Of a DNA stretch of 64,000 nt, positions 1-13,252 are shown one piece after another. This DNA is from Podarcis tiliguerta (taxonomy: Eukaryota): NCBI GenBank assembly GCA_965153285.1, contig OZ229118.1; one strand, 5' to 3'. The number at the start of each line of letters is the position of its first letter. The stretch's first letter is position 1. The notes under the pieces are model-generated. The model saw only the letters and a program-made list of their open reading frames with translations. It made no database searches and was not told the DNA's origin. Both the position numbers and the translations under genes were made by a program.

Positions 1-2949
1 TTTCAGTTTGCCTTTCTTTTCTCCATGCAATAATTCTGTATTAGTATGAAAGCACTAAGAGCCCTTGCTGTTTTCACCATATATAACTTCATTAGACAAA
101 ATAACTGCATTAGCTTTCCATGCACAGTGCATGATCTCTTTGGGAGAAAGACGCTCTCAGAACATCTACTGTTGTATGAAATCTATTTCTTCATGCATGC
201 CATATACCTTGAGATAACCTCCTAATATATTCCAGCAACGATATGTACTTGCACTGTCATTATTAATAATCTTTGTACCAAGATTCATGCAGCAAAGACA
301 CGTAGAGGGTTTTTGTTAAGGGTCTGTAAATATGAAACTTCCTTTCCCTGGAGACTCACCAAAGTCGGAGTCCTTTTAGGTATGCTCTAAATCCTTTCTG
401 TTCCATGGTTTTTTTGTGGCAACACTGGATTAGGCTGTGCTAAGTGAGTTGTTTTAAATTTGCTTGGCATATTGGTATAGTTTCAGCACATCTTCTTTTC
501 TCAAACCCTCCTATGTTCTCACTGTATAAATAATACGACCACAATTTTCCACAGACACATTTCATGAAGGAAAACATACAATACGGCACAACAAACTGTT
601 TGCAATGGGTGATAAGATAAAGACATTTTTCCTGTGGGTTTGTTTTGGGGAAAGAATAATCTGGTGATAGTGATAACTTGGTGGGGTTTTCTCGGTCACT
701 TTCCTTCATCTGTGCTTGGCTGCAAGAAAATATTTAGATTTATTATGGAACCTAATTAGCATTCAACTTCTTTGAAATCAGAAACCCGAAGTTGGGGTCA
801 TATCAGTTTGACCAACAAAGCATAGGAAATTGTAACTTTTCCTGCTTTGGGGTCTATAATTCTGTATTTTACAAGTCAATTGATCTTTGCAATGGAAAAA
901 TGAGATATGGGGAACCAAGATTATTTTTAAATCGACTAATCCCATGTGTAGAATCCAATGGAGATAAGTGAGCTACATTAGAGTCTTGAGGTAAATGTTA
1001 AGGTACTTTTTGGTTGTCTGTTTCTCTAAACACTTTGCTTTCTTGGAGAGATTTTAAACTAATTTAAATATTCACTAAAAATTATTTACACACAACTTTC
1101 TAATTCTATAGAAAAATGGGGGGGGGGGTACTCTATGAAGAAACACTTTTGTGAAAACTCAACATTTTAAAAAGTACTTAGTCAGAGAGAAAGAGACCTT
1201 TGTGACCAAAACCTTCTATGTGAAGTGGATGTAGACTCTGTTTACTGTTTTGATTCTAATGCCTATGCACTAGGTATGTTTTTACAGCCTGATAAATTAG
1301 GAGGAAATGTCTAAGACATTATTTTTAAAACAGACTGAAAAGGTGCTTGTGGCGAACATGGGTTTATAGGTATGCTGGAATTAATATTTGTACCACTATG
1401 CAACTATAGCAAAACAATTTGGGCTGAAGGCAGATCTCTCTATTTTTATTTCACCTGTGACCCAAAAGATAAACAGTTCGTTTGACAGACCCAATAATCT
1501 GCTGTAGAGTGAAGCTAGGAAATATGTTGTATTAGATGTAAGGTATTTTGATGCTGGACATTATTTTAACCAAATGTAGTAGCAAGCTGGTTTTTTATTT
1601 GTGTATTTTATTATATTTTCCCCAACCACAGACTACCCAGTATTTCATAAAATGTGTTTATTATATCTACTGATGCCTTTCTGCCTTTCCATGTGTTCAG
1701 CCACCAATGTCTGGTAGACAATGACCAGTTTTGCACATAACTAAACTATGGTCACACTGGAGGAGGGGAGAGGGAAGCTGGTGAGTCTAAGGCTCATTCA
1801 CATAACAATAAACCATAGTTTAGTATTACACCTAAACAAAGTCATTGGCCCAAGGGAGAAAGCTGTATTTCTTGTGTTCCCCCCCTGTTCCATGGCTCTT
1901 TAACTATGAATAGGGAATTTAAATCAGTTTGGCAGCTACTTGGCCTCCATGCACAAAGTGTTAAGATAAGCTATGGGAAGAATGATGAAGGGAAACCTGG
2001 AATGCAGGCATACCATATTCTTAACGTATATTTATATTTGGAAAAAGGTTCTTAAAAATAGTCCAGAAACTTCATTACAGTGTTGGTCTTCCTTCATTCT
2101 TTTTTGGAAAAAGGCATAAGGCATTAGACATTGTTTTAGAAGATAGTAAGTTTTTTGTGTGTCATGATTTAGACACAAAGTATTTGACCCCTATTTATCA
2201 TTTTAATTTCTTTCTTTTTTTCCATTCTCTTTCTTATGAATATGACGGTGATGCTACATTTGCCTAGAGTCACATGGAGTTTTTTTGGTGTTTTTTTTTT
2301 TAAGAATCTTCTTCAAAGACCAGGTAGCATTTGACATAAAAAGTAGTTTAAGATCTACTTTGATGTTCACTGAATGTCCAAGGTGGAGCTATTATCAGAC
2401 CATGCTGCATTCTTGATTGATGAGGTAAGCTTTTTTTGCTTTTTGACCAGAATCAAAGAAGCTCTTTCCCCAGAAATGAAATGGCAACACTGCACATTCA
2501 GAATTATACTCTAGTCCTTAATTAAATTGCAATTGCAGTGATGCTTAAAAACAAATATTATTTCTTTTTTACTCCACATATACTTGGCTTTACTGATTCT
2601 CCTTGAATAATACCTTGTTTGAGAAAATAATACCTATGTGCCTTCACATAGTTTTTCTTGTTACTGAAATCCTAAGCCAACCCTTTTATCTAATACATAT
2701 GTTGGAGATCATGAACATTTGTCATTGATATCTATGACATGCTGTTAATCATTTTAGCCCAGAATAAGTGTTTCTCTGTCGGTGAGAGGGATTAAAATAT
2801 TACACTGTGTTTTAAGGGTACATAGAAGTTCCAGGGTAAAGGGGGGGGGGGGGCAGAGTGTGCATTTGCTAGACTCTTTCCACACCTCACACTCAAAAAA
2901 GAGGGAGTATATAATAATGCTCTTGCCATCATTTTAAGAATAACAAATC

Positions 2950-3516
2950 TGCTTTTATTTCACGCAAAGTTTGGGTAGCTGATTAAACTTAAAAAGCATT
3001 CTAAAGCATCACCTACAGAAACAGAGCAATCCTTGTTTCTAGACATACTACCTATTTTAAAGAGACCTTGTAATCTCGGGATGCCCCACTGAGGCAGTTG
3101 AGAAGATTTCCCACAGCTCCATGAGGCCTTCTTCTCCCTTGGGTCCTTCCAAAGCAAACTGAGACTTCTTTGCCTTGTTGGTCTCTGCTTCACCCTCTTT
3201 GTACCTCTGTGGGTTCTGGGAGACCGGGGTGGGGAGCTGACTCCCTATCTTCTCAAGCAGCCTATCTGATCTCTGCCTCTTGGCCTCCCTCCTCTCCAAC
3301 CTCTGCTTCTGCCCCTGATTCTGGATTGCTCTCTGCCATAGCCTCTTCCTGCTCACTGAACCCCTTTACCTCTTCAGCTTCTGACACCTCCTCCCCACTC
3401 TTCTCCCTCTGACCACACTTCATCTTCCCACTACAGATCCCCTGGCTCTGAGCCTTCTTCCCTTGCAGGATCCCCAGCTGGTGCCTCTCACCTCTGTATC
3501 TAGCAAGTCCATGACA
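2950..3516 (-). mobile_element. LTR-like interspersed repeat remnant (copy 1)
   Basis: The right end (...ctggctctgagcc...ctggtgcctc...agtccatgaca) is homologous to 9880-10000. On the minus strand it begins TGTCATGGACT, a TG start typical of LTRs. The left boundary is approximate. Confidence 0.45.
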
Positions 3517-3889
3517 ATGGTGCTCTAACTCCCATCAGCCCCAGCCAGCATACCCAATGGCTAGGAATACTGGGAGCTGCGGTTGAACAACATTTGAGTG
3601 GTCGCCACATCAGTTGCTTCTGGTTTACCATGTGTCAACCACCATCATGATCAGTGACTTAAAGAGGCCATTGCTTGGTACAATGAGGTAGACTCTGGGC
3701 TTAATGGTCCACCTCATCAGGTGGTAAATTATATTATTTCACAATGTGGTAAGCCAGCCCTACTCTGTGTGCATGGATTCCTGCTCTTACTACCTCAAAA
3801 GAGCCCTGAAGGCCCCCCTGAATACCATTCCTCTGGAGAAATCCTAGGGATTCTGTCAGAAATTATGACAGATTGTGCAATTTCCACAT

Positions 3890-4197
3890 AACAGGGTTGT
3901 GGAACCATTTTCAGCCCTAAGGCTGAATTCCCTAGTAAATGACCTTCTGGGAACCACATGCCAGAAAGATGAGGCGAAAGGCAAATGTGGGCAGAGCAAT
4001 GAATGTACATTTTCCCTGGGTATAGCAGACTAGTTTCTTCCTCCATACAGAGAAGGAAGAAACTTTATCAGAGTTCAAAGAAGCACCCCAGCCATGGAAA
4101 AGCACTCAAGGAGGGTCAGTCAGGACTACAGCTTGGGAGAGAAGGGTGGCAGCTAGGGAGAGTCCTGGGGGCCACATTTGGGTTTCTTCTTCCTGCT
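3890..4197. mobile_element. Old non-autonomous DNA transposon-like repeat; uninterrupted paralog of the repeat split by the Chapaev element
   Basis: Shares the collinear motifs accacatgc, agcaatgaatgt, ttatcaga, gggagagt and gggggcc(a/g)catt with 16310-16451 plus 17970-18140. Confidence 0.5.
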
Positions 4198-4473
4198 GTA
4201 CAGCATAATCCAGACCTTTATACAACAAGGAGGAAAGAACACTATCCATCCCCCCTCCCTAATAATGTTATAATTTCTTTTTTAAAGAAAGCTTAGTTCT
4301 CACATGTACAAGTTTATTTTTGTTAGAAGCACTTTTAGCCAGCAGCATTCCCATTTGTTGGTTTTAGCCTCATCAATAGTAACAGGTTTAACAACTGCTG
4401 CAAAACTTTGTGTCCACCAAAGAAACACGCACATGTTTCTCTGTTACATAAAAAGTCTAACTTTAAATGTCAG

Positions 4474-4703
4474 GCTACGCTATTATCTGCGAATGCGCCT
4501 GGCTTTTGATGATACAGACATTTGGTATTTATTACCAGAGCTATTTGTTAACTATTATGGAGCCAAATGCTTCCCTTGGATGAGGAGCTGATCCTGGTGC
4601 CAACAGGAGCCATACACGCACGTCCAAGGAGCGAGTTGGGCCCTTGGTTTGTAAATAGCACCCTGTTGCTGAAGGCTGAGGCCACCGATAGGATACAAAT
4701 GAT
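4474..4703 (+). other. Candidate non-coding exon or conserved-element-like block
   Basis: Branch-like tctaac, acceptor tcag| and donor GAT|gtaagt. CpG-retaining and TE-free, with stops in all three frames. Confidence 0.3.
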
Positions 4704-6624
4704 GTAAGTGGGAGCGGAGGATCAAAACAGGCCCAATGCTGATATTTGATTTTTATTGGGTTTAAAGATTCATTTTTAGATTCCATTAATAACTGGCCCT
4801 AGTTTTTACAGGAGTTGATCCTTGCCTCCTTTTAGTCATTATGGTTTTGTTTCCCCTATTTTCAGCCAAGCTCGACTCATTTTTTATTCATATGGCAGAT
4901 TCAGAGAGTGAGCAAATATTTTCTTACTAGGTTGTTGCTTACCATTTACATAGCAGTGTGTTTCCTGATACTAAACACCAAATAAAATGTAAGAGAGTTT
5001 AAGTGGATTTAAGCTATATTTGGCTTTTATGTTGCTGAAAGTGAAACATATTGCTTGCCAAAAGTCTGCAGACTACACCAGGGCTGCAGTCCTGCAAGCA
5101 GTTACATATACATCAGCCCCATTGATGTTAATAGATAGAGACGAACGAGGACAAATGAGCCATCTCATTTGATTTTTATAGGACCAGAAGATGACTCAAA
5201 TGCAATAAAGTCCAACCCCAATGCTGAAATAGAAACCTGCAGGCCCAAACATCCCACACAGATCCGTCCCTCATTTTAAATCCTAAATAAAATGTCTTGT
5301 TTTAAATCTGTGTGCAATACTTAATAATTTTGGGTACATTTAACAACAACAACAATGAAGTAGGCAGAAAAATGCCATAGGTTTCTATATCATGAACACT
5401 GTTTGTTCTCAGTTGTAGGGAAACTTCTTAAGATGTTCTTCCAAACACACATGCCTGCCTCCTGCCTACATAACTTGTTCAAAACCAGAATAAGCCTTGA
5501 AAGCGCTTATTGTGTTTGGAATATTAATCTCAGTTCTGCAACTGCCAGTCCTAATGTATCCAAAATGGCACCATCCATAGGCTTGAAGGATCTATATGGC
5601 TAGTAGTAGGACAAACATTATTTAGGAACCCCGAAAGAGCCTACTGAGCATGCTCACTGGCCAGGGAATACTGTTGGTGGTAGTGATGGGGGAATTGAAA
5701 ACTGGGAGGAGGAATGGAATGCAATGTCTTGAAAAGGGCATGGCAAGTTGGCTAGAGCTTTGAACAGGAATACTACACACTACAACATTTTATTACAGGT
5801 CCTATTTATTTTAATATTACTTTTTAGGTCAGATTGACTCTGTGGATATGAAAACATTAGGTAACTTCTTAACCCAAAGAACTAAACCCAGGGCAAAATG
5901 TGTTTTATGAAGTCTGTTGCTGTGCTTTCGATCAGAACAAAATCGCTTGAGAAAAATGTAGAGAAATTCACACCATTAAGAGATTTGGGGCTGTTTATTT
6001 GTAATCAACAAGAAACTGGTGTAAGGACCTAAGATTTATCAAAGCTACCTGGTCCCTTAGTAATAAGCTCGATTGCTAATGTGAAGCAGCTGTGGGAATT
6101 TTTTACAAAATACCTCAAGCTGTTGAAAAGCCATTAGGCAGCTGATATATAGAGAATATAAGGACCCATTCAGCTTTTTTTTTTTATTAAAAAAAACCAT
6201 TTCCCAGTGTGTAGCACTATGCTGTTTCTTAAAACCATATTCCTAACTTTACACGCCACAGAAAGCTATTTATGGCCATGCATTGGAATTTTTGGAAAAG
6301 CATGCTGAATCCCACCACACACCTAAAATTTCCCAGGAAAATAAAGTTATACTTAAGTTTACATGGCTAGCCAGTCCAAGAATCATACCTGACAGAAGTC
6401 AAGGTTACATAGATATGATATGAACAGCAAGCAGCTCCATGTAAAAATGTTTTAGTAAAAAATAAATAAATGATAAGCCCTAATAAGAACAAAGTTTTCC
6501 CAGACTTTTTTTTAAAAAACAAACTTGTTTGGTGAGCTTTGAGCTACAGTTCTGGAACTGGCCCTTATTGGTGATTTGATTCATTTTCTAATAATGGATT
6601 AGGCAAATAAATGGAGGATCAGCT

Positions 6625-6962
6625 AGCAAACTCTTCAAGTGTCCCTATTTTCCAGGGATGTCCCTGATTTAGAAAAGCTATCCTGGTTTCTGATTTGATC
6701 CCAGAATGCCCCACTTTTCCTTAGGATGTCCCTATTTCCATCGTAGAAATGTTGGAGGGTATGGAGTTATTTGACCCCCGAGCCATCTGAAAGCAATCCT
6801 CTTTAGGGAAGCTTTTTAAATGTTTCATTATGTTTAGATATATATTGGAAGCTACCCAGAGTGGCTGGGGCAACCCAGTAAGATGTGTGGGGTATAAAGA
6901 GTAACATTCTAATTATGGAATGGGCATCCCTATTTTCATTGGAGAAGTGTTGGAGAGTATGG
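6625..6962. mobile_element. Non-autonomous hAT-like repeat carrying an L2 3'-tail fragment
   Basis: Internal repeats ccctattt(t)c and tgttggag(g/a)gtatg occur at ~6730-6765 and ~6925-6960. The segment cccagagtggctggggcaacccag (~6855-6880) matches the L2 tail seen at 8890-8930. Confidence 0.45.
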
Positions 6963-8814
6963 CTGTGAACTGAGAATCAGAGGCAGTATACCTCCGAGTA
7001 CCAGTCGCTGGGGATCACAAGCAGGAAAGTGCTCTTGACCATTCTCAGATTGCCTTTTCTGGGTTCCTTCAACTTCATAGAAGCACTTGGTGATCTGAGC
7101 AGGACCCTGTGGTGGCACCCCAATTCTATGTTTGCTCCCTCCAAATAAATCTTTCTCAGTGCAAAGTCTGATGCCTTTTTGTTACCAGGTAAAGACCCAG
7201 CACTTTTAAAGTGAATGCGCTGCTGCACAGCTGTTTTTTAAATTATTTTTACTCTTTTCTTTATTATTTTGTGTTAAATTTCCTCATTTGCCATTCTGGG
7301 AGTCCTAGTAGGGCTAGACAGTAAGGTACCAAATATTATAAATGAACAAAATACTGAATGTTTGCAGCGCTCAATGTGCCACATACTTCCATGTAGTATT
7401 ATTATTTCCACTATTGTTACTGTTATCAAGAGATCAATCTATGGCCAACACTGAGAAATACATTCCTGTGTTGCCAGTGACTACCAGGTGAATGCAAAGA
7501 CTAGAAATAGAGGGCACATTATCTTTCAGGAAAGATCGTCTGCATCTATGGCTCCGTCATCAACACAGCTTGCAAATAGCTGGGCTAAATGTACCGCAGT
7601 ATTCCTCTAAAGCTCTCTGTGTACATAAAGTTAGGCTCTGGAAAATGAGAAGGATATAAGAGTAGAAACTGAATCCTACTGACCTTGCACATCCATTTGG
7701 CCATCCCATCTCCTCATTGTATTACTAGATTGCATTATACCATTATACTAGATTGCTAGTTAATAATGTGCTAACAATTTTAATTAAATCCCAGTTCATA
7801 TGTGATGTGACTTAGAAGAATTTCTTTTCACCAGAACATGATCACATTTCCTTGGCGTGGGGGGTGGGGTGGGGGAAATTAAATAAAACAATGGCTGTTC
7901 TTCACTTACATCTAGAGATGTATTACATGAGACCCGAGGCATTTATGATGTAGAGGTAAAAATTAATAACGAAAAGGCGTATTATATTTTGTCTAAAAAG
8001 ACTCATTCACATTTGCTTGCATCTGTTTTGATTTTTCAACTGATGTTTTATAAAGGTTTTAGGCTACAAATTTCAAAGCAGGTTGTATAATGCCAAAGAC
8101 TTTTTCTTAAAAAACAACACCACCCCAACATGTAAAGAGCCTTTGTGGGAAGTGAATCACAAACTTCCTGGATGTCTACAGTTAGAATCCTTTATAATAT
8201 TTGGCGATCCTTCATCGCAGGGGTGGTCTAGCTGTAGCTCACAATAAATAAAGGATAGTGTACAGAAATTAAATTATGATTTGACCCCATATCATTATAT
8301 GCCACATAACTAATTAAAGCACACATTAACAATGTAGTCTTAATGTGCTTGTCTGTTAAGTCGTATGACTCACTCCCTTTTTAGGAAGAATAAGTGATTT
8401 GTATTAGACTTTGAGGGGTTAGGGATGTTTTTCAAGATGACCAATTGCTGTCATTGCTATGTTAAACTGCAGGCCCAAGCCTGGGATAGAAAGACAGGCT
8501 TATCGTGAGCCAGGAAAACAGCAGCACTAGGGCTGATAGCTCTGACTTAGGGCCTTGTTTCCAAACGTATGACTCAGTGCAAACAGCCAAGCATCCTTGG
8601 CCTTCTCCACTCCAAAGCAGCTATTAACAGCTCTAATGTTCAGGTTGCGTGCCTCTTTTTGATTATATCCAGGAAACAAGACCACAGCAAGCTTTTTACA
8701 CACACACACACACTCTCACAACATTCAACTTCCTTTACTGCATGAAAAGATATCTCAGTGAAAGTGCTATAAATGGTACTTGGAATGGGCATTGCAATAG
8801 AGCATTGCAATCAA

Positions 8815-8815
<1 letters not shown>

Positions 8816-8877
<62 letters not shown>
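8816..8877. repeat. (AAT)n microsatellite, expanded from the L2 3' tail
   Basis: About 20 perfect AAT units directly abutting the L2 3' end. Confidence 0.95.
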
Positions 8878-8878
<1 letters not shown>

Positions 8879-9623
8879 TTATTATTTGTACCCCGCCCAT
8901 CTGGCTGGGTTTCCCCAGCCACTCTGGGCGGCTTCCATAGAAACAAAAAATACAGATATCACAGATTAAAAACTTCCCTGAACAGGGCTGCCTTAAGATG
9001 TCTTCTGAATGTCAGGTAGTTATTTATCGCTTTGACATCTGCTGGGAGGGCATTCCACAGGGCGGGCGCCACTACCGAGAAGGCCCTCTGCCTGGTTCCC
9101 TGTAGCTTTGCTTCTCGCAATGAGGGAACCGCCAGGAGGCCCTCGGAGCTGGACCTCAGTGTCCGGGCAGAACGATGGGGGTGGAGACGCTCCTTCAGGT
9201 ATACTGGGCCGAGGCCGTTTAGGGCTTTAAAGGTCAACACCAACACTTTGAATTGTGCTCGGAAACGTACTGGGAGCCAATGTAGGTCTTTCAAGACTGG
9301 TGTTATGTGGTCCCGGCGGCCGCCCCCAGTCATCAGTCTAGCTGCCGCATTCTGGATTAGTTGTAGTTTCCGAGTCACCTTCAAAGGTAGCCCCACGTAG
9401 AGCGCATTGCAGTAGTCCAAGCGGGAGATAACCAGAGCATGCACCACTCTGGCGAGACAGTCCGCGGGCAGGTAGGGTCTCAGCCTGCGTACCAGGTGGA
9501 GTTGGTAGACAGCTGCCCTGGATACAGAATTGACCTGTGCCTCCATGGACAGCTGTGAGTCCAAAATGACTCCCAGGCTGCGCACCTGGTCCTTCAGGGG
9601 CACAGTTACCCTATTCAGGACCA
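8878..9623 (-). mobile_element. 5'-truncated L2 LINE (ORF2 C-terminus plus 3' UTR), relatively young
   Basis: ORF 8959-9648(-) reads VRSLGVILDSQLSM...LVISRLDYCNALYVGLP...LQLIQNAAARL...ITPVLKDLHWLPVRFRAQFK...RAFSVVAPALWNALP, the classic L2 ORF2 C-terminus, with no stops. Confidence 0.95.
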
Positions 9624-9859
9624 GAAGCATGTGCTGTGTGCACCACATGGGTTTTAATGTGCAAATGGTTCATGCACAGTGGGTTGCCCCATTGTCCACA
9701 ACATCAACAGATGCTGAAGGTACACACATTGGATGAACTGCAATATTTGAACAGAATAGGACATGGCAAATTCTGGGAAATGTAGTTTTCCTAAAGATGA
9801 CAATTGGATTCTAAGTGTTGTGACACCAAGAAAAGAAATAAGGTGAAATAATGTAGCAT

Positions 9860-10000
9860 CTTGGATGGTCTGCTCCCTCTTCTTCCTCTGACCACTAATT
9901 GTTGTCCCAAAACTAATCTCCTGGCTCTGAGCCATCTTCCCCTGGGGATTCCCTAACTGGTGCCTCCCACCACTTCTCTGCATCCAGCCAGTCCATGACA
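9860..10000 (-). mobile_element. LTR-like repeat remnant (copy 2, same family as 2950-3516)
   Basis: ctctgaccac...ctggctctgagcc.tcttccc...ctggtgcctc...agtccatgaca aligns by eye to 3405-3516. Confidence 0.5.
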
Positions 10001-11609
10001 CAGTCTCACACCTACTGCATCAGAAGACTACCTCATCTCCCACTCTTTAATCCATCCTGCTAGCCACTGATGTCTTCAATAAGCTGGCATAGGTCAACTC
10101 ACAGGAGTACCCCTTTAGCAACACAGTATGGCTCCAAAGCTTAATAAGGCAAAACTGGACCATGACAATCTCAGCCATCTTTGCTGGTCCCAGGCACTCT
10201 ATGCTACCCACCTGGATTTGGGTCTGAAAAACCAAGAAAAAGTGTGGATGCCTAGAAGGCAAGTTGTGAGGAAGCATGATTTGTGCATTGTGCAGCATCA
10301 CTGCTGATCACAGACATTACGTCTCTTAAGGCATCACCCTCAGTTTCCAAGATCCTGCTTTTGTGAATCTTGAGCCTAGCGTTATCTCTGTTCATAAAGA
10401 GGCAGAGTTCTTTAACGAAATAACCACTGAATAAATAATGCAGACCCATTATTTTAGACCCATTAAATGAGGCCTTGAACTTTGGGGGCCTCAGCAATTT
10501 GCAAGTCCTTGGAGCTGCAGCGTCCACTCGGAGGCCAACACAAATCTTTCTCCCCTGCAGGTGTTGCTATGGAGTGCAGGGAACTCTGTAGAGCAGTACA
10601 GAAATGCAATACATTCATAAACGCACATAGTTTTTTGACAGGGTGGATAGGAGGAGTGCCCGATGTATATAACAAGCTTCTAATTGCATCTTGGGAAACA
10701 TTTCTTTGTTTGACATCCTTCACACCACACTCTGAGCTCCTTCTCCAGTCCAGCATACATCTGCATATTAGTCATGCACTTGGTGGTAATGTGAGAAACT
10801 CTAAATACTGGCTTTTAAAAATTTACTGGGCTGAGTTTAGAAATGTGTTAAATTAGATGCAGAAATAAACAGACACACCTAAATAAACAAAAGGACGTAG
10901 GGGGATAGGAATAATGCTGGGCTGCTAGCAAAAACAGGCGAAAATGGGAGTTTAAAGGGGCCACTGAGCACTATGAAAATTTCTGTGTCTCAGTAAAAGG
11001 AACACCTGGGCCTACTCAGCTTGCAGTGGTGCATCAGAGAGCACAATGCTCAATGGTGTTTCCAAACTCTCAACATAAATTGCAGGGGGAAAAGATAAAC
11101 AGCTCTTTAAATATTGATATGAGCTTCGGGTGGGGGAAAGTAGGCTGCATGCAGAGAGCCTCCTAACCCCTGGATCCAGCAAGTGTTAAAATATAAGCCA
11201 TGCTAGCTTCCCGTTGAGGTGACACCCTGGGCGATGAGTCATTAAGGAATACAAAGGAAAGCGTTCTGTGTGAGACAGCAACAGGAGCCTTCTCTCGGCT
11301 CCAGCTTGTGGTTCGTTTGAAAGACAAAAGTCCACAACAGAGAGTTGAGTTATATGAGCCAGAAGCTGGAAGAAAAGCTGCAGAGAGTGCACCATGTTTG
11401 ATTTCTTTTTGAATCCAAGGCTGCAGCTGTAAGAGAAGATTAGATGCAGCAAGATTAGATGCAGATTTACAAAGCATTTTGTAAATGCACCCCACTTTGC
11501 TCCCCCTTTCTTCCCACTCAGGGCAGCCCTGCCTTCTACCTGCCCCTCAGAGCTGGCCCATCACCTGGGGCTAGGCCTCAGTGGTTGCAGCTTTTCCTCT
11601 TCCTCGCCC

Positions 11610-12050
11610 TCTCTCCAGCAGAGATGCTTTTAAGCAGATGTTGGATACAGTGGTGGAGCAAGGCGATCAGGCGCCTGGGGCGGGGCCAGCCGCCTGTGGG
11701 GTGGGGCAAGTCAGGACATGACACTCAGCGGGGCCTTTGATTAGTCTGCCTGCCTCCTCCCACTCAACTGCCCTACAGTTGAGGGGGAGGCGGCGGGCGG
11801 ACTGTTTGGGGCAGCGTGGAGCATGAAGAGGCATGACTCAGGTGCGCTGCAGGCCCAGCGGTGAGTGCTGCCTGGCATTTTGCCACCCCCTCAGTGGTGA
11901 CACCCGGGGCGACCCGCCCCTACCGCACCCCCTTCTTCCGCCCCTGGTTGGATAGTCCTCTGTCATGGATGCTTTAGTTGAGATTCTTGCATTACAAGGG
12001 GATTGGACTAGATAACCCTCAGTGATCTTTCCTGTTCTGCATATCTATGA
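11610..12050 (+). mobile_element. Degraded CR1-type 3' end, split by a hAT MITE
   Basis: Removing 11648-11954 restores ttttaagcagatgttggata-gtcctctgtcatggatgcttta...ggggattggactagataaccct...ctatgat, which resembles the CR1 3' end at 56485-56612. Confidence 0.6.
11648..11946. mobile_element. GC-rich hAT-type MITE (299 bp) with 8-bp TSD GTTGGATA
   Basis: Imperfect TIRs cagtggtggagcaagg / ccttcttccgcccctg. Identical gttggata at 11640-11647 and 11947-11954. Confidence 0.85.
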
Positions 12051-13252
12051 TGCAATGGCTACTCTCTCTCTCTGTCTCTCTCTGTGTGTGCATGTTTGTG
12101 GTAGCTGCATATGTTACTAATGGAGCAAAACAGGCCACATTCTCCATAAGGCAAATACAGAACTGTTTTGTTGTTGTTATTATAAAGACACAGATATTAT
12201 AAAGACACAGATATGTTTGCATTTAATTATACTTGAGGGCTGATTGGGACTTGAGAGCCCTGTGATATCCAAGAGCGCTTTCCTGTTCATATCAATGTGT
12301 TTTTAGATAAAGTCATTACAACGATGCAATCTCTAATTTGAGGAACTGAATCAAATAATAAATTTCCTCCTTTTAAAATAATAAAAAAGACATTGAAAAC
12401 AAGGAGGCATTGAAAGCTTTTTCTTTAATATGTTTCTCCTCCCTTTTGCTTCTTGGCAATAATACCTGCTTCTACGAAGAGGTCATATAAACTTTAATAG
12501 CACAAACTGTGTGAAGAGGATTTTCATAATGTCAGAAAGGAGATGAATGTTAATCTCTGCTAGGCATGACTAACAATGTTGCAATAAAGGAGACAAACGT
12601 TCCTGTGGGGTTATATCGATGCATTTATTTCTTCCAGCTTAGATAACAGCAAACCAATCACTATTGTCTGGGTCTTTCTTAGCAGTGTAGTGTGACCCTT
12701 AAAACAAACCATACATGTTTATAGAGACTACTTTAGGTAAGAAAGTGGCATGGAGAAGACACTATCACTGACTCATGATGTCACAGGGGATATTCCCATA
12801 AAGCAGTAAACAATAGTCACATCACTGATTCTCTTACATGGCATTAAAACTAGAAGCAGAACTTGGCTGTCATTTTAAATGCATTTTGGTTATCACGAAG
12901 TTATTTGAAGCAGGACAAATGTATCCATCAGATACACAGCAGTAATCTATACTGTGTTGACCTTGTGATGCTGAAGCCTTCGGTGTCATTTGACTGAGCT
13001 GAATATTCCAACTGTTTGGGAACAATGTGATTAGAATGTTTGCAGTCCACTTCCTCTGAAGGGAGGGGAATTGTTCAGTTTGGCTGGGGTTAAGACCTCA
13101 CCCCAGCACAGGAAGATCTTTGTGAGGCAGGTTGAGGACTGGAAAGAGGCCCCTTAAGGCAGAAAGTTCAATTATTGGCCTCGCTAGGTTTAAAAAGAAT
13201 TGGGTATAGGACCTCTCCCTGAGAACCTGGAGAGCTGCTGCCCATCAAAGTA

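Noticed and set aside
3057-3412. Charged or Ser-rich ORFs on both strands
   Set aside because: They lie in a purine/pyrimidine-skewed LTR-like repeat that has a paralog at 9860-10000.
8649-8969. ORF with a poly-Ile tract
   Set aside because: It is the translation of the (AAT)n microsatellite and the L2 3' UTR.
10482-10856. 124-aa ORF and a CTCF-like motif at ~10518-10537
   Set aside because: No recognisable domain or splice structure, and the motif spacing does not fit the CTCF core well.
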